The notes beneath the pieces are model-generated. The model worked only from the letters and a program-made list of their open reading frames with translations, was not told the DNA's origin and made no database searches. Of a stretch of DNA of 64,000 bases, positions 1-13,100 are shown one piece after another. The stretch is from Phoronis australis (lineage: Eukaryota > Animalia > Phoronida): the NCBI GenBank assembly GCA_002633005.1, contig NMRA01000171.1, positions 248,001-312,000 on the forward strand, in the 5' to 3' direction. Position numbers and translations under genes: made by a program. The first letter of the stretch is position 1. Each line of letters starts with the position of its first letter.

Positions 1-1191
1 ACAAAAACGGAATCCTATCATGGTGAGGAATAGTATGAGACCGATTGTATGATAATAAAAGACCTATTTAGATTGCATTTTTGACAGCTAAACGGGAAAA
101 TGCAGCTTAAATAAGACCATGCAAATAAGAACTCTGTATTCTTGCAGTCTCAGCCACTACAATAAGATGTGTGTGTGGTACAGTTAAAACATGCTGCAAG
201 TTACTTTTCATATCCAGCTAACTGAACACACAAAAACCACCTTGTGGTGAGGAAGCAATGTCATTTCTTGGGTCTAGCACCACACAAGTAGAATGGCATG
301 TGCACATCATATTGGTCTTCAAGAAATGAATCATTCAGTCTTTCACACATTCACAAGCTAACCACGAATGAATGTGGCTGAAATATCCCCGAGATCGCTT
401 GAAATATTTTGACAACCTTTTTAAATATTGAGAAATATTGATATCTAGCCCACATTCTCCACAAATTCCAGAGAGGCAAAATGATTCTAAAAGAGCTCCT
501 ATGAGGGCCTTTTTAACCTTTTTGTTTCCAAAAGAGCCCTCACGATGCTTTGGAGATTTTTCTAGGGTCCTACAAAACATTAAAGATGTATTTGCATGCT
601 CCTGACTATGCTAATGTACAGCAGGAACTAAACAGCAATGCTATTTTAACACAATCAATGCTAAACAAAGTGAAGTTGTATTCAATGACAACTTGTAAAT
701 GTGAAAACAAAAAATTCTGCAAATAGGTGACCTTTGCATAAATGATGTACCTCACGGGCTCAAACAGCCCACATCATGCAGTGTTATTCTCCAGTACTAC
801 GTCACAATACTTACTGGACACGGTTCAGTGATATGTGGCGGATCATTTTCACCACAAAACTCATTCTTAAAACATTTGCCAACTTTAAATCTACTTCATA
901 TTCACATTGTCGCTAAAGGTTGCGTTTCTAATTTGGTCAAGCAAACACAGGAATCAGTAATTAGCCTGCAAGTTCCACTTTAAGCAATAACGGATGTCAG
1001 TTCTTGTCATGTCCAGAGATCACTTCCCTTATGATGAAGGAAGAAGACTGTACCACTTTCATAGTGGTGAGAAGTCTGAATCAAGTTTTTGTAAAATGTG
1101 GGTTTGTAGTACCTTTGGCAGTTGTGAGAATGCAACTTTTAAACCCTATCCTATAACACAAGACCCTGCACCAGCTACCCATCTGACTCAC

Positions 1192-4100
1192 CACTGATTG
1201 CGAGCTTTGGTTGCTTCTTTCCTCACAAGGCGTTTCTTGTCATCCAGTGCCACTGCCAACTGGCGTAACACTGTTGGTGTGTGTGGAACAATATGATGGG
1301 AAGGCAGTGTAGATATCGCCCCAATGCATTGGACACTGGCTATCCTTACATGCTGCAAAAATACTCAGACTTATGAGCATACAGGTTGGGACACAAAAAA
1401 GGTAATCCTTTTTAGTCATTTTTTTTTTAAAGTTAGTGACACAGTGATACAGCATTCTTGAAACATACTTTTAATTGAAAAGTTACTGGAAAAACAATCA
1501 GCTCAAAAAGATGTAAGCATGGAGCAAAACCAACAAACAACATTAATAGGCTTATGACATACAGTATAAGGCAGAAGTAATCAGACAAAGTAAGCTGCAA
1601 TTCCCTGTCATGACAGCCGAGTGGAAACTGAACTCATGGTCAGAGTAGTCTCCCCTGATGACGACTAACAATGAAGGGGAATTAACTGAAAAGTTAGTAA
1701 GGTGTCTAAGCCATTCTGTAATTAGATTTTTTTTCAGCTCTAATACTTATGAACAGTCATGTTTACTGTTAACAAAATTAGCCATCATAAAGAAAACGGT
1801 ATTTTGTTTGATTACTTTCGTCACCTTGTGCAGCACAATGGCTAACAACAAAATTTATCTATTAGAGAAACACGTTTTATACCATTTGTGTGAAGGTCAC
1901 CACAGTTAATCAGTAATAGAGTTCAATATTCAATACAAATTAACTTAACCAGCCCAAGACTGGTGCATTCCCCTGTTTATATCAAGGTTAAACATTAACA
2001 GTAAACTATGAGTTAACACAACACTACCAACACATGACAACACCAGATGTTCTCATTCAACCAAGTTTCAGTATGCCTGCTCTTACAGTTTGAGCACTAG
2101 GAGACGAAATCGGGAAGTGAAAAACATCCCTATGCAATGTATACATTTCAGGGTAAAACATGGAGCGCAATATCCATCAAAGAATCTTTAATGTATAGCC
2201 GAACGCTGAATGTGTGAAAATATACACTTCTGACTCCTGTACAGACCATTATCTTTACTAAATGTGATTCTCCAATAACCAGCATAGAACGACTATGAAC
2301 TTACAGGGGCCTGTGTTTTGACGATTGCTTTTGTCTCTTGACTTTCGGCTAAAAATCAGTTTATGGTTGGTTTAGCCTATTTCATGAAAACAGGCGAAGG
2401 GTGAAGATATCAGTAGCTGCTTGAATAGACAGAATACAAAACCTTTTGAGAAACGCAAAAGACAAAACACTTCTGACTGTTCACAAGGTACGGATTGGTG
2501 TTTCGATCGTTTGTTGAAAACTGGAACTGGACTTCTGACTATTCACAAAAGTCAAAAGACAAAACCTAACAGCCTCTTTGATAAACAGGCCGCTGGTGAC
2601 CAGCCATTACCATTACGGATTAATGTGGTGTTAGACATAGAGGACAGCTTTCTGTTACAACTTTTGTGAATGTGAATGCCAAATCCTTCCTTACCATTGA
2701 TGTTGGGTGCTGAGCCAACTTCAGCAGCTGTGGCACCAGAGAGTCCAAGTGTTCACACAGTACACTGGGTGCATCAAACAGCAGGTCATAGAGAGAGTTG
2801 ACAGTGGACAGCTGGACACTGGTCTCATCACACATCAGTGAATGGACAAGAACTGGCACCAGCTGAACAAAACCATATAAAAGGTTGTTAAATGCATTTT
2901 AACATAGCTTGAAGAAATAAATATTAGAGCAAAGCCGAGTTTTGATAAATAAGACCTTTAAACTATGCCTAAAGACTTTTCATGACCAAACAGATTTTCA
3001 TTATAATATGTGCTAAAAATATTTCAGGGTCAAACCATCTTTTTTAATAACAACTATTGTTTTATTTCTTCCTCAAAACTAGTTTACTTTCATGACAGAA
3101 GAGGACACAGCATAGTTTTTGTTCAGTATATGCTATGTTTCTGTTCATGGAAATCTAGTGCATTACTGGCAACACATTGTGATTCAAAAACACCTAACTG
3201 CACGATCAAAATCACATTGATTTTCTCAGTTCTTATTATACCTTAACACTGCCACTTAAAACTCACACGTAAGGTATAAACCTGAATAGGTAGAAGAGTT
3301 GACACCACTCACCGGTGGTAGCTCACTCAGTAACACCTGTTTAGGTATGAACCTGAGTAGATAAGACACTGCAGTTAGGTAGAGCTGTTTCTTGCTGATC
3401 TTAGAGTTGTGGAATCCTTGAATGAGACGCGGCAGTGCCTCTAAGAAGAACCGTTGGCGATACAAGAGTCGAATAGAAGCATGCATGGATGGAGTCATGA
3501 TGTCATCAAACTCATTCATAACGATAAAAATGCCATCTGGTGCCATCGTACAGAAATACTCGTCTTCAAATAACGTTAAGATCTGAAAAGTAGTACCAAG
3601 AATCCTGAAGGAGTCATGGGCTATCTTAAAGGTATACTCCTGCACCATTTACAACTCTGCTGCCATCACGTTCATAATGTTCATAAAACAAGGAGAAAGA
3701 TCTAAAGCACGTCTCCTCCACCCACTCGCTCACAATATAGTGACCTTTGTATGCAAATATGGGGTCAGCTGCTGACATCACTCCCAGATGAAGGATTAGG
3801 TGAATACCAGAATTCACTACACGTAACAAACATGTACATTGTTGATGTTGAACATTGGTCTGCATGTAAACAATTATACAGATGACTGGGCTGTCATACA
3901 GTCTGTGATGGTTGTCTGGGAATGTCACATGTCAAGGGCAAGGTTGTCTTGGTGGGTCGCTTGTTTAGCTTTTCCAGTCTTACAACTTAAAACCTCTTGC
4001 TGGTTCTCCAGGTGAAAAATCGTTTACTATTTACCATAACTACACTAAGTAAAACGTAAGTTCCTGTGATGTTTATTGACTACAAAACACAATGTCTTTA

Positions 4101-7100
4101 AAGCCAGACAATACCTTATCAATATATTGGTTCATTAGTGAGTGTCCCTGCAGAACCAGGGCCTTGGTAAGCCAGAACCACAGCATACAGCTCCTTTCAC
4201 AGTCTTCATCTCTTGACTCTATTGACTGCCTAAGTACACAGGTAGTGTCCTCCAGAAATGTTTGTACTTCTGAACCTATTGGTGAAAAATGCAAGAGTGA
4301 ACTGCACACGTCTTTTAGTGATTTCCCACTCTTGTTAAGGATATCTCAAACTTTATTCACAAAACTTGGCCATTTTCACAATTTTTCACATATGTCAAGC
4401 AAAATACCTTATCTTCATTCTAAGGGAACATCAAATATGAAATACGAAAAAAGAGTTATCAGAACCACAGTGGAACCGCACAACCGCATGGAAATTTGTT
4501 TACTACTTGTCAAAGGTTACAGGGCTGTCACTCAAATCAAATCTCCCACCAGGCATAGAGTAGCTCTGTATATACCCTCAATCCTTTCATTTAATTCAAC
4601 TGAGTCGCCATAATATTAAGCCAACGAGGTGTACATATGATAGAACGCTGCCAGGGAAAACAAAGACAAAATGTAGTTTTGACGCAGAGGGAGTGCATAA
4701 CACAGTTGAGAACGAATGCATCGAGTAGCCGCACGCCTCTGTGACTTTGAGTTCACAGGCACAGCAAGTTGTGAAAATAGAAAACCCTCAAATTCATCAA
4801 TTTGATTCATTTGGTAACTTGAAATTTCGTTGTTTCGAGCTCATGCTCATAACATGCTTTAACCACTGACTCCATTTTTGTTATGCATTTTGTACTTGGT
4901 TTCATATCAGTCTCCTGGTGAGCTCTCAAACACGGCATGGGTTAATATTTATTCATCAGAGTCTGTTACGATTTGCGATATAAAGGCATAGTTTGTGCGT
5001 AATGTAACAAAGACGAATGTGACTGCTATTTTTTTACAAAAATACTTTATGTTTTGTGAGTTAATTTGTCATAGAAACCAAACTAAAAGACTAATCAAAA
5101 AATCCTATTTTTGAGGTAACAGGTGAAGTTTTCTAAAAAAAAGGTTTCATTAAATTCGACCGAGTGGTTACGAAAGTTATCAATGTACCTTCCTTAAAAA
5201 TGAAATTTTTACTTAAAAAGGTGTTAATGTAATAAATAATAACAGCACATAATTATAAGATATTTTTATAATCCCTGCTCTTTTTTCTTCCAGAAAATAC
5301 ACACATTTACTAGCTGACAAAGTCTATTTTTGATACACGAGTTAGAAGGAGCCCATTAAACAAGGTTTGAGATAACCTTAAGATTTCATTTCCAAGATAT
5401 TTCCAGGACATAACTTTCGTTTTCCACGAGACAATGAATGTAAAGTAATTTTTGCAAAAAAGTGAGAGCTTTTTTATTTTATACCATGAAACATTCCATG
5501 TATTTTTATAAATTTTTACCCTTTTTCATTTTCCACACACGGAATTTATTTTTGCCATTCTCCATGTTTTCCACGAGTGAGTGTATATTTTCCCAGAGTT
5601 CAACTGAACCTCTCTCACTGTCTACACACCAGCGACATGTTTCACTAAACTGTCATAAATAACTTAATGGCATTTTTACAGTCAGAGTCTAAATGGAGAT
5701 TTATGAAGTTATATCATTTTGTGAAACAGGGCCTTGAGATTAGGGCCATTATTCATAAATGCTGATTAATATTTCACACAATACTTACAACTACTACAAT
5801 ACTTGTTTACAATGCCAGCTATGCATTTAGTTGCCTCTATGAACGACTTGTGTGTGCACTGTTTTGCCAGGGGAGATAACTTCTGCAAGTATTCTCCTAA
5901 CCTGAGTACCTTTACCTACAAGAGACAACAAAAATATAAAAAACACGTCCAACAGAATTATTCGCACACTGCATTACAACTCATTGATTTTCAATACTAT
6001 GCTTCTAGAAATCTTGACGTTAAAAAACTACAAAAAGGAAATGAGGATTCTCACCACACAAAATTGGATAGGCATACAAATACATAACATAGTCCACACA
6101 GGCATACAAATGCATTACAAAGTCCACAAAAGTTTATCATTCATCTGACAAGTGTATATATATGAAATCCATCACCAGAAGAAAATGTTTTCCAGTCCTT
6201 AACCAGAGCCATCCTGCTGGAATATTAATAACCTACCTCCTTTTTTAGAGAGCACAACACTGCCATCAGTACAGTTACTAACTGAGTAGATGAAGGTGGA
6301 CAATTAATCTGAAACAGCAAGTACATAATTAAAGTTCAAACATGTTTGTGTTACAATACCAATTAATACCAGCACACATTAAATGAAGGGTAAATGCTTG
6401 GTAACGACGCTATCATACCACAATACCATATCGCAGTTTTTAAAAACAATATCAACAACCAGAACTTGCAACAGAGTTCAGATTTAAGACAAGGAGCCCA
6501 TTTTATCAAGAGTTGTTTAAGACCAGTCGCAGTTAAAAGGGTTGTAGGCACGTTATTGCAAGTATGATGATGTATTTTTCTAGAAGAGCAAAATGTTTCA
6601 ACTGGCATTACTTTTTACAATCACACTTAACGACTACATTCATGAGTCGCATTAATCATCTGTGCTAATTAAGATCGAAGTTACGGCCGGATTAGCTAAG
6701 ACCAGACTTACCATACTTGATAAAACCAGCCCGAGTTTCACATTACAATAATTCCCCAGTATTCAGTTTAACAAATGAAACATTTAGAGCAAGTGAAGAG
6801 GCTGACCAAATTTCCTGTTAAACGTAATTCCTAACATGTTTGAAATATCTTAAACAGGAAGTAAAATATTTTGAAAAAATAGAGACCGTGTAAAAATAAT
6901 TACGGCCACATATTCTGGACACACACACCTTTGCACTTACTGTAATCAAGAAGTAGGCAAATTAAGCCTATGAATCTGGACTTTAAAATCTTAAACAATA
7001 CCAGCATTGGTATCAACATTTAGTTGGAAATGAGAGACAACATTTGACTAGTCGGAGTCATGATTTTTTTAAGGACTGTTCAACCAAATGATTTTTGTGA

Positions 7101-10100
7101 AACGTTTTTCATTAGAAAATGCTCCAAATGTTCTTCTTGGTGAAAGAAATAAACCCCTCTTGTGGTAAAGAAAATTTCAAGACTGATTTTGCATAGGCAG
7201 ATAGCCTAGGGTTCATTCATTTCAAAGAACTAAACAGAATGGAATGCAATTTTACATTCCGAATTATTACCAACACTGAACAGACACATTTAACAGAGAT
7301 TCACACAGTGATGACTTGTCACTGTCAAGAAAGATTGAATCCATAATAACGTTTCATTGGTGAACCTACATTTAACAAGTCTGATGATGTGGATTGGGCT
7401 TCACGCAGTGATGATGTGTCATTGTCAAGGAAGACTGAATCCATTATGTGCAACACATTACTGGACTGCCTGTGGAGAGAGAACATTGAATTCATCAAGT
7501 ACAACACATTATCACATGAGTAGATATGATATAAGACACGTTAACTATGGGACAGAGTGCACTGAGAAATAATGTCAAAGGCCTTCAGCCTGTTACATTT
7601 CTGATCATCAAAGTAAAATTCCCTAACATTCTAAGATCAGGCTATATGTATAAAAACACATACTACGAAAAGTTTAAAAAATAATGTCGCCTGTTAGAAT
7701 GTATATCCAAATTAAATGCTGATTATCAGTCAAGGAAAAGCAGAAGTGAAGCTTCATTGATGGCTAATTGAAGAAAAACATTGCAGTTGGATATCAAGAT
7801 TTATTTTGATCACTATACTGAGATTAGTATGAAACTAAAAATAAACTGTTCTAGAAAACACATATTGACCAGACTAAATACACTTGTCATTTCAGCAAGT
7901 TATCTGAAAGCCATAAAAACAATTGTGGACGTTCATATACTTAGAAATGAAGGACTGCTTTCCAAATTGGTTGTCTAACCTCTCAATGAGATTTAAACAT
8001 TTTTTATTCATACTTGGACCAACGCAGCCAACTAATCAAAGCTTAGGGACACGATTATCTTGGTCACAGTCCCATGGCCACGTAAATACTAAGGCTGGGA
8101 CAATATACCTTTTTTGGGATTTGATTAGATTCTTTTTAGCAGGTAGTCAATTATATTCCATTTTATTAGATTCTTGTTTGTCAAATTAATTCATTTTTTC
8201 TCAACCATAAGTAGTTAACTTACCACATGAACCAATTTCAGGAATAAAATTGTTACATATTATAAGAATTCCAAGTAATGAAAACCCCGAGCTGCTTATT
8301 TGTTCAATATTTCAATAATCTCTTTGAAAGATTTAAATAAGTCGTAACTTTGTAAGACACCTAATTGCAAAAATTGGAACTAAGAATCGAATCAGAATGG
8401 CCTTGGTGTATCAATATGAAAATTAGTCACTCCTGCACTGTGACTCCATAACAATTAGATTAATTGTTGCACCCTGGTTGAATACTCACTGCTGATTACA
8501 GCGACACACAGTGTGTCTGAACACTTCAGCTACAGCTTGAAGACACTGGGGGGATGTCAGCACCGCTTGGCCAATCACAGCGCTGGCACTGAGGGTCGAA
8601 CTGAGGAGACTGGCTAATACAGTCTTGGTGAAGTAGTCGTACACTGTACTGGTATCGTTGGATTGGATAATGGAGCAGAGACACTTGCACACAGTGAGGG
8701 GTTCATCTGATGATGTGGTGTCTAAATAGGAATAAACCAGTTTGTCATAATTCAACACTTCTATCGTGATCGACTGAAGACAGATGGACGACAGATGTAT
8801 GTGTAAGTGTTATCCACATATTCTCTATTTCACAGTGAAATTTGATAAACATTCATATAAACAACAAAGTTAATCAAATATGATGAGGAGGCAGTGTGGC
8901 CTAGTGGTATGCGTTTCCTTTACTGAAGGTCACGGGGCACACACATAGAGCCTTAAGTAAGGTTTCAAGCTCCTCAGCTCGGTTTTAACTATATAATAAT
9001 AAAGCATAAAAAGGTTTCAGTTGATCAGTACAATGGCCCCACCCGAGTGGTCTGTACACATCTGGTACCACATGTACCAGATCTGGTACCACATGTACCA
9101 GATTTGGTACCACATGTACCAGATCTGGTACCACATGTACCACATCTGGTACCACATGTACCACATCTGGTACCACATGTACCAGATCTGGTACCACATG
9201 TACCACATCTGGTACCACATGTACCAGATCGCCTGCAATTATTTTTTGAGTAATCAGGCAAAACACCATTTCCGTCATGATGGCAAATTCTGTTAACAGC
9301 AAAAAACGATTGGTAATAAATATTAGGTCGGAAAAATTCAAACCTCAGAATGGCTTAGCTACCTTTCCTTTATTCTCAGTCATGAAAAAAGACAGTCACT
9401 ACTCTAACAATGAATTTGGCTTCTGCCCAGCTGCCATGACAGTGAATTCCAGGTCATTTTGTTTGAATGTTTTAGGCTTCTTTTTAAAAACCATAGTCTC
9501 ACATCGCAGGCAAAAGTGACAAATCACTAATTTTTGACAGAACACTAACTTGCATGCTTGGTGAACAATGAAAAGCTATAATTATTATTACGTTAATTTC
9601 CATTCCATAGTGTTTCATCTTTTTTGAACCTGCAGATTCTTGGGCCTCCCACAACAAATATACCTTGCAAATAATCTTACCTGAAGTTGCGCTACTCATG
9701 ATGTCTAGGTACAAGGGGACAACAACTCGCACGATGTCATCATGTAGAGAGAGTGCTGCCAGTAAATGCAACACTGCACTCCTGTCAACAGTGTATTGAG
9801 AGCCTTCTGTCTCCATGGAAACTACAGAACAGGATAAGTTATACTACAGAACATGGCTTGAGCAAGTAAAAATTCACTTACTATGAACTTATTTGTAGCG
9901 TATTATTCGAACGTTTCCACCCTCACCTAAGAAACTTTTTCAACGAATCGATTACACGTGTTTTGTTGACTCAGATCTAGAATGGGGTCATACACACGGG
10001 GAAGCTGCAGTTCTTGGTCAAGCTCCCCCGAGTGTACAACCTCATTCTAGAGCTGGGTCAACAAAACGCGAGTAATCATTCTTTGAAAAAGTCCCAAACT

Positions 10101-13100
10101 ATGGAAAATCTATTTTATTGCAAAACATGGCTTGCAAATAAAACAGCACCCCATAGCATTACACAAAAACTTTGAAAAACTCTTAAACCCGCATATTTCT
10201 AATTAGACGTTCACGACATGCTGTCCTCGTTCAGATTTAGACCATCACCCAACTTAAAAACTTGACTTACTCATGCTCAGATACATGCTCACTCCCAAAA
10301 TGTAACCCGTGACCTTTGCAATAAATACATTACCTGTGTTTAACCTGGACAACAGCTGTGGTACAATATGATGGACAACATAGTGACTGCGACTGGTAGA
10401 CACATAAGACAGCGTAGCTGCAGCTTCATGCCTAATAATACATGATGAAAGTTCACACACGGAAAAGGCATAAGAACATAAAATGCGTATTTATGAGAAC
10501 GGTGAACGAGTTTTTAAAAAAACATTTGGTAAGTGAGCTGTTTTGGAAAAGTATAATAACTAACAGAGAGACGTTTGCTTTTTTTCTCAAGTTTTGAGAC
10601 AAGTCTCTTATTTCAGTATTCCCTCTATACGTTCAAATACTGGGGTCCGGTGCCCAGTTGCATGAAACAGTCCCAAATAGGGACTCAACAAAGTTCACTA
10701 AATCTATTGCATATTTGTGTCTTTCTTTATTCACAGAATGATGTAATCTTTTTCTATCATTTCATCTTTACTATGACACTTGGTGATACTTTTATCAATA
10801 GTAAATATGATTGGGTAGATAACAAACAAATGAAAGTGATTATCATTTATTTTATATTTATTTCTAAAACGTTCCTCTTCCCGACTCAATTGACGCAAAA
10901 ACGCACGTTTCAAAGAGAAACATAGAAAAGCAATCAGTGTTACTATCTCCCTTTGGAAACTAAAATGAAAATGATCAAACTGACCAGAAGCAAAGAAAAG
11001 CAGATTCCTTACAAACCTCTTTAATATACTAAGCACGTAGAAAAAGAATTCAGTAGTTAAATTTACACATCCTCTGTCCATAGCCTGACTAGTAAAAACT
11101 ACAGCTACAAACTAGCTATCTTAACAGGACTGGCAGTGATTCATAATGGATAGACCAGATTAATTACAACTGTAAACCTGCCCATTGAAATACTTTTCTC
11201 ACCTCAAGTGACACATCTATTGACCCACCTCACATTGCTATCTTCATCAGTCAGTGCCCTCTGTAGTAGACTGTTGGAAGCACTTTTAACTTGCTCCTCA
11301 CTCAGTAACCGTGGAGTTGATATCAAACCAGCCAATCCTGTCACAGCTAGAGTACGTAATGGGGCATTGTCAGTGTTGAGGGTGTCTTGCAGTAGTGTGA
11401 ACAGGGGGTCTCTGTAGTCAGTTAGAGGACTGTCAACTAAAAAATAATACAGAGATAGTTAAAGCTACATAACCGTAAACTAAACATTTCCAAAACTGTG
11501 CCAGTCCTAAGGAAGTGACTTCTCGTGTAAAATTCATGTTAGACAACCAGGACAATTTTCCTACATACAAGGTCAGAAGAATGTCTTTTCAGTCAGACTG
11601 CTTATTAGCGTAAATTGGCCAAGTAAGTAATGAACACCTGTCCAATGAATGCACACAAATACACAGACAAATGCTTTGTATGTGATGTCTCTATTATGGT
11701 AGGTAATGGTTTGTTTTTCTGCCATGAACTGGCATGAACTAAACATCAATAATCAGGCACACATACACATGCACAGAGGCAAGGACAGATATATATTCAC
11801 ATTGGTGAAGTAAACTTGTGCTTTCTTAGGAAATTGCTTCAAGCTCCATGCAGTGGCACCTTTGCAACAATTGTTTAGGTTCATTTTTGGGTGGAATCTT
11901 TGTTATATTTCAATAAGGCGAGTTAGTGTTCTTAATTACCAAAATAAATCCATAAGCTGAGAGGAGTTCATTGATTGCTTCAGCAATATGATGCTTCACC
12001 GCTACTTAACATAATTTGTGACAGTATGAAGTTTTGCTGTTTTGGCTTGAACTGATGATAGCTGCGCCGAACACAATTCAAACCAATAAGACAAACACTC
12101 ACCATCTGAAGATGTGAAGTCTTTACTTATTTTTATCAGCTCCAACATTACTTCAAGGAATATTTTCTGTGGCAAAGCCTAGAAAAGAATGAACGATTAC
12201 TTACCAATAGCACTTTTTTGTTTGTTAAGTGAATAATTATGAATGACCAAGCCCACAGATACACACTCACTGTGTGGTAAGATTAAGGACACTGACAGTT
12301 TGCAACTTGACACCTATTGTTTACACATAACATACATTACAAGATGTTGTGTTACTATTTAGATAGACCAGTAGTTGTGGAAGTGCAGGCACTTTCAAGA
12401 TGACAAAGGCCCACCTACACATAGCTATACTTCTTTATAACACTCATAGAATGTACTTCAATATAATTTATCTGAAATGGATAATATACATCAGGTGATC
12501 ACAACTTATTCAGTAATTTCATTTAGCGAGATATTCCTTCCGAAAAATGAAACCCAGAGGTCCTGAGGCACTACAGTTAGCACCGTCGAGTACATCACCT
12601 GTGTTCTGGCTTGCAGCTGTTCCATCAGTAGAGGCACAGCCTTGCGTAATGTCGTGTAACAGGCAGGGTCAGAGGCCGAAGCTGTGGCTGACAGTAACTG
12701 ACCGCATGGTCGGATGGACTTCAGGCCCGGCACACTCATATCTTTACTGCACTCTGATATAAATGGAACATGTGCATTACGAGCTGAATGGGCCACAAAG
12801 GAGGTTCTAGGAGGGCCTGTGGTCCCCCATGGACACAACCAAAAGTCAGCATGCTGTCCTTAGCAAACATTTTTTATTTGAAAATTGTGGTTGGGTCACC
12901 CCCTGTGACTTCCTAGACCCACCAATGATCCAACTAATGAAACAGTGTCAGTTCATTTATTATGTAGTGAACTCAGTTTTCACTTATTTTGCACAATTAA
13001 AGTAATTACCAAAATGGCTATTTTTCATTTTGAAAATAATAGGAACTAATTAGCAAAAGTTGTTTTATGACACCTCCACACTTTAAACAGTTCTTTAGTA

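Noticed and set aside
1645-1690. Hammerhead-like CTGATGA...GAAG in the short repeat family
   Set aside because: No GAAA core and no stem II or stem III pairing; the flanks form a simple hairpin.
4092-4613. 173-aa plus-strand ORF and other antisense ORFs (44030, 47810, 52511, 54611)
   Set aside because: Shadows of real exons on the opposite strand, with no recognisable domains.
8985-9341. Repeat-peptide ORFs (WYHMYQI, VPDLVHV, CGTRSGT) and a possible CRISPR-like array
   Set aside because: These are translations of a 21-bp intronic minisatellite with no unique spacers, in a eukaryotic context.
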